Of a stretch of 7,002 bases of DNA, positions 1 to 6,325 are shown one piece after another (position 1 is the first letter of the stretch; each line of letters begins with the position of its first letter). Source of the DNA: Candidatus Zixiibacteriota bacterium (GTDB lineage Bacteria > Zixibacteria > MSB-5A5 > GN15 > JAAZOE01); assembly GCA_043819555.1 (NCBI GenBank), contig JBDREQ010000079.1:1-7002 (forward strand), written 5' to 3'. Below the pieces are notes generated by a model. The model saw nothing but the letters and a program-made list of their open reading frames with translations. It made no database searches and had not been told where the DNA came from. A program made the position numbers and the translations under genes.

Positions 1-15
1 TGATTTGGTTTTGGC

Positions 16-44
16 TTGACATGGCTTGAAGATTTGCCGATAAT
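16..44 (+). promoter_or_regulatory. sigma70-type promoter of tRNA-Ser
   Basis: Perfect -35 TTGACA (16-21), 17-bp spacer and -10 GATAAT (39-44, 5/6 match), ending 10 nt upstream of the tRNA 5' end. Confidence 0.8.
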
Positions 45-54
45 TTGATGCAAC

Positions 55-142
55 GGAGGAGTGGCTGAGTGGTCGAAAGCGGCGGTCTTGAAAACCGTTG
101 TACCGCAAGGTACCGTGGGTTCGAATCCTACCTCCTCCGCCA
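55..142 (+). tRNA. tRNA-Ser, anticodon TGA (reads UCA/UCG)
   Basis: Acceptor stem GGAGGAG(55-61)/CTCCTCC(132-138), discriminator G139 and encoded CCA (140-142). D-loop AGTGGTCGAA. Anticodon arm GCGGT-CT-TGA-AA-ACCGT (82-98). Long variable arm GTACC-GCAA-GGTAC, typical of Ser. T-arm GTGGG-TTCGAAT-CCTAC (115-131). Confidence 0.98.
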
Positions 143-148
143 TAATTT

Positions 149-176
149 GTAAGGTATTGAAGTGCAATAAATTACG
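149..176. repeat. Imperfect inverted repeat of IHF-like half-sites just 3' of the tRNA; second degenerate copy at 310-337
   Basis: GTAAGGTATTG-AAGTG-CAATAAATTAC: the 11-bp arms are complementary at 9 of 11 positions and each loosely fits the IHF consensus YAANNNNTTGATW. AATAAATTACG is repeated exactly at 166-176 and 327-337. Confidence 0.5.
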
Positions 177-275
177 CCATAGGTTCGAAGGTTTTCAAAC
201 CATTTTCTAACCAATATAACACAATTGAACGAATGCTCTTTCGCTCGTACGAATATCCAATATGTCCTGAAAATG

Positions 276-300
276 GGCGGGGATTCGATTCCCCCACCTC
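276..300 (+). pseudogene. Degenerate 3'-end fragment of a tmRNA/tRNA (T-arm plus partial acceptor strand), possible att-site relic
   Basis: GGC-GGGGA-TTCGATT-CCCCC-ACCTC forms a T-loop on a 5-bp stem with one mismatch, followed by an ACCTC(C)-like acceptor 3' strand. It resembles the ssrA end GAC-GGGGG-TTCGATT-CCCCC-CACCTCCACCA. No 5' half and no CCA. Confidence 0.5.
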
Positions 301-486
301 AAGTTAAACTAAAGTTGTTGTTTGATAATAAATTACGATCTAATCAAGTTCAGTGAATTAACCTCCACAAATTCGTTGTTATAGTAGCTTGTATCTACAG
401 TGTGTACATACAGCGCAAAACTATAATCTTACCGTGTTAATAGGGCCATAACTATTATAAGTGTAATTAATCCAACGAAAATTAGT

Positions 487-516
487 AGTGGCCATATGCC
501 ACTTGTTTGCTTTTTT
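487..516. terminator. Possible intrinsic terminator between the convergent tRNA unit and the 541-933 gene
   Basis: Hairpin AGTGGC-CATAT-GCCACT (487-503) followed by TGTTTGCTTTTTT on +. On the - strand it is followed by ACTAATTTT. The stem is short, so support is weak. Confidence 0.4.
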
Positions 517-540
517 GGTTCCGAATTATCAGTCTGCTGA

Positions 541-933
541 TCATGCATGTTTCGCCTCCTTTACATTATTAGATATGAAATTATCTATGCCTTTATAGTC
601 TTTAATAATTTTAGTGCTCCGGCGCGGTCTGTCATTGCCTTCTGATATTTTTGGTATAGATTCATCGATAATCTTTGACAACGCATCATAAATGGCAAGC
701 ATTTCATCGCTATCACGCGAATCTGAACGGTACGTTTTACCGTCAAATGTCTTTAATAAAATGGTGCATTGATAACCATTGAGGTTTAACGGCGCATAAA
801 AGGCCTTTTTTAATTTCACTGCAAGAATATCTATTTGGGAGCCCCAAGGCTTCAAGGTGCCAAGTATAAGCTCTCGAACATTCTTTTCGATATGCCTTAA
901 GTCGCTTGTGATGCAGATATCTTCAATTTTCAT
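541..933 (-). CDS. Small protein, probably a divergent HPF/RaiA (ribosome-associated, S30AE-fold) family member, 130 aa
   Basis: Strong SD AAAGGAGGT (947-939 on -) 5 nt before the ATG supports a real gene. The pattern MKIE..., L..HIEK, I..LAVKL, YQCTILL, D...AIYDALSKI fits the beta-alpha-beta-beta-beta-alpha layout of the HPF/RaiA-like proteins often found divergent from nhaR-like genes. The product call is inference. Confidence 0.6.
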   Translation of the reverse strand: MKIEDICITSDLRHIEKNVRELILGTLKPWGSQIDILAVKLKKAFYAPLNLNGYQCTILLKTFDGKTYRSDSRDSDEMLAIYDALSKIIDESIPKISEGNDRPRRSTKIIKDYKGIDNFISNNVKEAKHA

Positions 934-994
934 TTCAAACCTCCTTTGAATCGTCTATCTCTTTCTTATTCTTTATATACGGCAATTCTAGCTA

Positions 995-1009
995 TTTGAT
1001 TATTTCAAA
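995..1009. promoter_or_regulatory. Candidate LysR (T-N11-A) operator
   Basis: Dyad TTTGA-TTATT-TCAAA containing T996-N11-A1008, in the divergent intergenic region next to the LysR gene's -35. Confidence 0.45.
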
Positions 1010-1017
1010 ATATAGTA

Positions 1018-1046
1018 TTGACATTTCTATTGAGTCTAACTATCTT
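1018..1046 (+). promoter_or_regulatory. sigma70-type promoter of the nhaR-like gene (predicted leaderless transcript)
   Basis: TTGACA (1018-1023), 17-bp spacer and TATCTT (1041-1046). The predicted +1 is at 1053-1054, which is the ATG. Confidence 0.65.
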
Positions 1047-1053
1047 CTTTGGT

Positions 1054-1950
1054 ATGGATTGGTTGAATTATCATCATCTTATGTATTTTTGGACGGTGGT
1101 ACGCAAAGGCGGACTGACTCCAGCGGCTGAAGAACTTCGGTTATCCCCTTCTACTGTCAGCACTCAAATTCAGCAACTTGAACATGTATTGGGATACAAA
1201 CTATTTGACCGATCAGGTAGGCAAATGATTGTCAATGATGTTGGTCAGGTTGTTTTTCGTTATGCCGAAGAAATTTTCTCACTTGGTCGTGAATTACAGG
1301 ATGCATTGGAAGATAGACCTGCCGAGAGACCAATTCGAGTTCAAATTGGCATAGCGGATGTTTTGTCGAAGTTATTCGTAGGCAAACTGCTGGCTCCGAT
1401 ACTGGGATCACCACAATCTTACCATTTGGTCTGTCGAGAAGATCATCCGGATAACCTGATTTCCCAGCTAATACTCCATGATCTTGATATCGTATTAACC
1501 GATTCGCCTTTAAGTCCAAACCTTAGAGTTAGAGGATTTAATCACCTTCTAGGCAGTAGCCCTCTCGCGGTATATGGTACTTCTTCAATGGTTGCGCGCT
1601 ATAAAGAAGACTTTCCAAAGTCGTTAAACGATGCTCCTTTCATACTGCCGGGCGATCGTTCTGAATTAAGGGGATCGCTTGAACGTTGGTTCGAATCTCA
1701 CAATATCCGTCCAAAAGTGGTTGCTGAGTGTGATGATAGCGCGTTAATCAAATCTCTTGGAAAGACAAATGTAGGGCTCTTTGTAGCTCCTCAAATTACG
1801 GGCAAAGAAACGATGCAACAGTACCGTGTCAAGGAGATTGGCTATCTTGAAAACATAGAGGAAAACTATTATGCAATCTCGATGGATAGGCGCATAAAAC
1901 ATCCGGCAATTCAGGCAATTGTTGAATATGCCAAGCGTAGCGTTTTTTGA
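1054..1950 (+). CDS. nhaR: LysR-family transcriptional regulator, NhaR type (298 aa)
   Basis: MDWLNYHHLMYFWTVVRKGGLTPAAEELRLSPSTVSTQIQQLE winged HTH plus NhaR-subfamily motifs (YAEEIFSLGREL, GIADVLSK, LDIVLTDSP, FNHLLG, FPKSLNDAPFILP, E.DDSALIK, YYAIS..RRIKHPA). Start moved from the track's TTG1018 to ATG1054 because the LNYHHL motif sits at the N-terminus of homologues. Confidence 0.88.
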   Translation: MDWLNYHHLMYFWTVVRKGGLTPAAEELRLSPSTVSTQIQQLEHVLGYKLFDRSGRQMIVNDVGQVVFRYAEEIFSLGRELQDALEDRPAERPIRVQIGIADVLSKLFVGKLLAPILGSPQSYHLVCREDHPDNLISQLILHDLDIVLTDSPLSPNLRVRGFNHLLGSSPLAVYGTSSMVARYKEDFPKSLNDAPFILPGDRSELRGSLERWFESHNIRPKVVAECDDSALIKSLGKTNVGLFVAPQITGKETMQQYRVKEIGYLENIEENYYAISMDRRIKHPAIQAIVEYAKRSVF

Positions 1951-1987
1951 GATTAACCGGTTATGTAATTATTGGAGGGTAGGAAAG

Positions 1988-3682
1988 TTGACTGAAAAAA
2001 ATAAAAAGAAGCTGATTTTGCCTGAGTCCTTGCCCTTTAAAGCCGAACATTATCGTGAGTGGCAGCAACGCCAGATAATGAGGATGGCTATTACATATTT
2101 GGCTCCGCTGATTATTCTGGTTGTTTACTTTCATTACCGATATATTGGTCTCGAGGCTGATAGTCATCGAATTCATCTAAGCGCTATTGCCGAACATCAG
2201 GCAAACACACTCGACCTGTTTATGTCAGAGCGCAGGGTAAACCTGGCGAATCTGGTGGATCATCCAAGATTCCTTGAATCACCAGTGTCTGAAGAAATGA
2301 CTGAATATCTGGCTGACCTGAAGCGCGTGAGCCAGGCATTTGTTGATATAGGATTCTTTGATTCCTCCGGCGCGCAAATTGCCTATGCAGGCCCCCATCC
2401 GTCTTTGGAGTCGCGCAACTACAGTAATGAGAATTGGTTCAAAACCTTAAAAGAGATAAAAAATAATTTTGTTATAACAGATGTATACCTTGGTTTTCGC
2501 CAACAACTTCATTTCACCATTGCGGTAAGCAGGACAATTGGCGATAGATTTTTAGCCCTCAGGGCTACTCTTGATCCGGCTCGTATGTTTGAATACATTG
2601 AATCCCAGCAATTGGCAGGTGATGTAACTACTTATATGATAAACCAAGAAGGCATTTACCAATTAGTTAAAGAGGAATTGGGATATCCTCTTGATAAATG
2701 TCCGATAATTGTTTCCTCGGACCAATCATCGGGTTTTGGCGAAATAAAATCAAAAAACGGTTCGCAACACTATGCTTTTTGGTGGTTGCACAATACCGAA
2801 TGGGCATTGATTGCGCAATCTATTCCCGGTACGGATTCATTTTTCAGTACCCCCAAATCTAAATCATTAATGGTATCATTGGCATTATTTCTAATCGCGG
2901 TCTTTGTGATTTTTAACAGAGCTGGAAAACTTGTGGAAATGCAAAAAGAGACCGATCAAACTCGGGCTCAATTGGAGCATGCCGCCAAGCTTGCATCAAT
3001 CGGAGAACTGGCCTCAGGAATAGCCCACGAGATAAACAATCCTCTGGCTGTAATAACTGAAGAGTCAGGTCTTCTTATGGATTACACTGATCCTCAGTTT
3101 GGACAAACCCTTGATCAGGACGACCTCCGAGAACGGCTTGATTCTATACAGGAGGCCGCTTTTCGATGTAGAGACATAACACGCAAGCTCCTCCGATTCG
3201 TTAGAAAGACCGATTTCGATCTACAGGAACACGATATAAATGATATAATAGACGGAGTCATAGATGATCTGCTTGGTCCCGAGATAAAGGTGTCAAGTAT
3301 TAACGTTGAACGAAGGTATAACCGCTCGCTGAGTAGGCTACGGACCGATGCCAATCAGTTACAGCAAGTGATACTCAACATAATTAATAATGCTGGCGAT
3401 GCAATCGGCGACAATGATGGCAAAATTACTATAAGAACGATGGGGCGGGGGAAAAATCTCGTAATCGCTATTACAGACACCGGACGTGGAATGACTCCGG
3501 ATGAGCTAGAAAAAGTGTTCCTCCCATTCTTCACAACAAAGGAAGTAGGTAAGGGTACTGGTCTCGGACTATCTGTCAGCTATGGTATAATCCGTGGCTT
3601 AGGAGGAGAAATAGAGGTTGAGAGTACTAAAGACGTTGGAACTACTTTTCGCCTGATTCTTCCGCTGAAACCAAAGCGTTGA
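1988..3682 (+). CDS. Membrane sensor histidine kinase: TM-Cache-TM-HisKA-HATPase_c (NtrB-like class), about 564 aa
   Basis: H-box LASIGELASGIAHEINNPL (His codon 3026-3028), N-box QLQQVILNIINNAGDA, G1 DTGRGM, F-box VFLPFFTTK, G2 GTGLGL. Two hydrophobic helices flank a dCache-like region (NWFK...ITDVYLGFR...HFTIAV). Start placed at TTG1988 behind SD GGAGGG (1974-1979); the track's 1919 start overlaps nhaR. Confidence 0.93.
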   Translation: MTEKNKKKLILPESLPFKAEHYREWQQRQIMRMAITYLAPLIILVVYFHYRYIGLEADSHRIHLSAIAEHQANTLDLFMSERRVNLANLVDHPRFLESPVSEEMTEYLADLKRVSQAFVDIGFFDSSGAQIAYAGPHPSLESRNYSNENWFKTLKEIKNNFVITDVYLGFRQQLHFTIAVSRTIGDRFLALRATLDPARMFEYIESQQLAGDVTTYMINQEGIYQLVKEELGYPLDKCPIIVSSDQSSGFGEIKSKNGSQHYAFWWLHNTEWALIAQSIPGTDSFFSTPKSKSLMVSLALFLIAVFVIFNRAGKLVEMQKETDQTRAQLEHAAKLASIGELASGIAHEINNPLAVITEESGLLMDYTDPQFGQTLDQDDLRERLDSIQEAAFRCRDITRKLLRFVRKTDFDLQEHDINDIIDGVIDDLLGPEIKVSSINVERRYNRSLSRLRTDANQLQQVILNIINNAGDAIGDNDGKITIRTMGRGKNLVIAITDTGRGMTPDELEKVFLPFFTTKEVGKGTGLGLSVSYGIIRGLGGEIEVESTKDVGTTFRLILPLKPKR

Positions 3683-3702
3683 TAAAAAAGGAGCTTTGAA
3701 AA

Positions 3703-4269
3703 ATGGCAGTAAAAAGGGCAAAGGATTTAATGGTTCCCCTAAGTGAATATCCGATTATTGATTCCTCAGCCACGGTCCTAGATGCCGTGATTAAGTTGAT
3801 CGAATCGCGCCGCAATTTTAAACCGGATAGGCAACCGTATCAAGCTGTTCTGGTAGCGGACAGAAATAATCAGATTATTGGAAAAATCGGGCAGTTTGCA
3901 ATTTTGAAATCTTTAGAGCCTCAAAGTCGGGTTTCACATGATCATGCCGCTCTTGAGAGAGCCGGTGTAAGCGATGAGTTAATGGAAACGGCGCTTGAGC
4001 ATACTCGGTCATTACAGCAAGGCTTAACAGATCTTTGCCCAGGAGCTTATACATTGCCGGCTCGCTCAGTAATGACTCCATTTAAAGAGCATGTTGATAT
4101 AGATACTCCTATCTGTGAAGTTGTTCATAAAATACTGAAATGGCAAACGCTTTCAGTTTTGGTCACCGAAGACAATTATCCGGTGGGATTAGTCCGTCTT
4201 TCAGATCTCTGCGATGAGGTTATGAGACAAATGCAACAAGCGGCCAAAAGCTTGGATGGCGAGGAATAA
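3703..4269 (+). CDS. CBS domain-pair (Bateman module) protein, 188 aa
   Basis: CBS hallmarks AKDLMVPLSEYPII, VLVAD...IIGKI, ARSVMTP...HVDIDTPI.EVVHKI and VLVTEDNYPVGLVRLSDL. SD AAGGAG at 3688-3693. Confidence 0.88.
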   Translation: MAVKRAKDLMVPLSEYPIIDSSATVLDAVIKLIESRRNFKPDRQPYQAVLVADRNNQIIGKIGQFAILKSLEPQSRVSHDHAALERAGVSDELMETALEHTRSLQQGLTDLCPGAYTLPARSVMTPFKEHVDIDTPICEVVHKILKWQTLSVLVTEDNYPVGLVRLSDLCDEVMRQMQQAAKSLDGEE

Positions 4270-4272
4270 ATT

Positions 4273-6306
4273 ATGGCGAAAATTTTGCTTGTAGATGATG
4301 AAAATAAATTCCGTTCTGATTTAGCGGAAAGATTAAATCTTCGCGGGTATGAAACGCTGGAAGCGGAAAATGGCGAAAGCGCGATCAAGGTTTCCAGAAG
4401 CGATTATGATATTGATGTAATATTATTAGACCTCAAAATGCCTGGTTTAAGCGGGGAGCAGACTCTCGAAGAAATAAAGAAATACAGACCTGCTGTTCAA
4501 GTAATCATGCTAACAGGGCACGGATCTATGGCATCGGCAATGGAGACCGGGCGATTGGAGGCTTTTGATTTTCTCGAGAAACCATGCGAAATTGAGAAGC
4601 TTATTCAGACTATTGAATCAGCCAGGGAAATGCGACCTCATATTATGGCGCGACATGAAATTCCTCAGGTGGAAAAGGGATCATTCAAGAAGTGGTTGAT
4701 AGGATCTCACAATTCGCGACCGGGCGTTTTAATACTTGGGGCATTGATTTTTGCAATTATGTTATTGGCGCCTGCGCCACAAAGGCTTTTGGATATATTA
4801 TCTGCCCCCAAAACCGGGGAAATTACAGACATTAATATGGGATTCTCCGGATACCGACAAATGAGTAACGGTGAGACTATTGCTGAATATTACAGTTATA
4901 AAAATAAAATGTATAAAACTGTAAAGGATTCCAACGGGGCCAATATTAAAGTGCAACAAACTCCCGCTGATGTCTCAAAAAAGGCGCGAATAATGTTGGC
5001 AACTTTGATTATTGCGGCTTTGTTTTGGGCTACCGGCGCAGTTCCGGTTGGCATAACGGCTCTGCTTGTAGGCGTGCCAATGTACTTTAGCGGGATACTT
5101 CGACCGGATGATATTGCCAAATCGTATGCAAAGGACGCCGTAATCTTTATATTTGGTGTTTTGGCGATGGCCGTAGCGATTGCCAAGACTGGCCTGGATA
5201 GACGGATTGGACTCCTTCTGCTGGGTTCGGCAAAAACGCTTCCTCGATTACTATTCATTTTTCTACCGCTTTTGGCTATGTCTTGTTCATTCGTATCGGA
5301 ACATGCCTTAGTTGCCTTTATTATGCCGCTTTTTATGATGGTTTATGTTACATCGATACGAGAGGCTGGGATCAAAAAGGATAGGGCCTTGGCAGTCATG
5401 TTTGCCCTTACTCTCTGTTTTACCGCCAATTCAGGCGGCCCAGGTTCGCCCGCTGCCGGAGGTAGAAATGCAATCATGATGGGTATTCTTCAAGATTATA
5501 ATATTGCTCCAACTTTCGGTGAATGGATGACCTATGGAATGCCATTTGTCCCCATCATGGCATTGACAATAGCCGCATATTTCTATTTGAGCTTTAAATC
5601 AAAACTCAAAGTCAAATCATTGAATGTCTCCGCTATAGTTCATAAAGCATCAGATCAGATTGGACCAATGAACAAGAATGAATATATTACGGCGGCCGTC
5701 CTAATAGGTGTAATAGCGTTATGGATCGGCGCTAGCGATACTTTTGGAATGGGAGGGCCGATTATTCTCGGTTTGGTCGCCCTGAATATTATGCGGGTGC
5801 TTAAATGGCGAGATATAACAAAGATTCACTGGGAAGTAGTCGCTTTATATGCCAGTGCGGCAGCCATGGGTAAAGGACTTGCAGAAACCGGTGGCGCATT
5901 GTTCCTGGCCGACGGTTTTCTCAGTATTCTTCCTGAATTTATGCGTGACGGTTCTGGCTTGGCGATGGCGGTAAGCTTGTTTACGGGAATTACGACCAAC
6001 TTCATGAGTGACGGAGCGACAGTGTCCGCAATTGGTCCAATAACGGTACCAATGGCAACAATCAGCGGCACCCATCCATGGATGGTCGGGTTCGCGACTG
6101 CATTTGCATCCTCATTCGCTCATATGCTGATTATCGGAACTCCATCGAATGCTATTGTATATGCGATGGCTAAAGATCCTGTTACTGGGGAGCAGTTGGT
6201 AAAATTATCTGACTTCCTAAAACATGGAGCAGTAGTTCTGCTATTGTCATTCGCTGTTTTGTGGGGTTGGACGATATTTGGATATTGGAGATATATAGGA
6301 TTTTAG
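4273..6306 (+). CDS. Fusion protein: N-terminal receiver (REC) domain plus SLC13/DASS-family anion transporter, 677 aa
   Basis: Residues 1 to about 119 form an intact REC domain (VDDE, phospho-acceptor D53 in LLDLKMPG, T81, K103-P). Residues from about 150 to 677 are a polytopic membrane domain with DASS motifs: LFWATGAVPVGITALL, AIAKTGLDRRI, GGPGSP, I.WEVVALYA...MGKGLAETG and AFASSFAHMLIIGTPSNAIVY. SD GAGG lies in the end of the upstream gene (3-nt gap). Confidence 0.92.
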   Translation: MAKILLVDDENKFRSDLAERLNLRGYETLEAENGESAIKVSRSDYDIDVILLDLKMPGLSGEQTLEEIKKYRPAVQVIMLTGHGSMASAMETGRLEAFDFLEKPCEIEKLIQTIESAREMRPHIMARHEIPQVEKGSFKKWLIGSHNSRPGVLILGALIFAIMLLAPAPQRLLDILSAPKTGEITDINMGFSGYRQMSNGETIAEYYSYKNKMYKTVKDSNGANIKVQQTPADVSKKARIMLATLIIAALFWATGAVPVGITALLVGVPMYFSGILRPDDIAKSYAKDAVIFIFGVLAMAVAIAKTGLDRRIGLLLLGSAKTLPRLLFIFLPLLAMSCSFVSEHALVAFIMPLFMMVYVTSIREAGIKKDRALAVMFALTLCFTANSGGPGSPAAGGRNAIMMGILQDYNIAPTFGEWMTYGMPFVPIMALTIAAYFYLSFKSKLKVKSLNVSAIVHKASDQIGPMNKNEYITAAVLIGVIALWIGASDTFGMGGPIILGLVALNIMRVLKWRDITKIHWEVVALYASAAAMGKGLAETGGALFLADGFLSILPEFMRDGSGLAMAVSLFTGITTNFMSDGATVSAIGPITVPMATISGTHPWMVGFATAFASSFAHMLIIGTPSNAIVYAMAKDPVTGEQLVKLSDFLKHGAVVLLLSFAVLWGWTIFGYWRYIGF

Positions 6307-6325
6307 AAATAGAAAGGAAAAAGCC

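Noticed and set aside
22..37. sigma54-like TGGC...TTGC
   Set aside because: GG-to-GC spacing is 11 nt rather than the required 10, and the sigma70 promoter explains the region.
55..142. tRNA-Sec or opal suppressor reading because of 'TGA'
   Set aside because: TGA is the anticodon, which decodes UCA (Ser). tRNA-Sec has anticodon TCA and an 8-bp acceptor stem; this tRNA has 7 bp.
182..201. Hairpin GGTTCGAA-GGTT-TTCAAACC as tRNA terminator or T-arm relic
   Set aside because: Weak, mismatched stem with only a short T tract and no acceptor-like flank.
143..540. CRISPR array, ncRNA or small ORF in the AT-rich spacer
   Set aside because: No regularly spaced repeats beyond one 11-bp duplication, no recognisable RNA family and no convincing ORF with an RBS.
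1018..1053. N-terminal extension of the LysR ORF from TTG1018
   Set aside because: This TTG is part of the -35 hexamer and has no SD, and NhaR-like proteins begin right before LNYHHL.
1919..1987. N-terminal extension of the kinase overlapping nhaR
   Set aside because: No SD at 1919. GGAGGG precedes the in-frame TTG1988, which avoids the overlap.
4630..4647. Separate internal start for the transporter (ATG4630 or ATG4645)
   Set aside because: Only a weak or poorly spaced SD-like GGGA is present and there is no upstream stop, so the single fused frame is the simpler reading. A minor internal start cannot be excluded.
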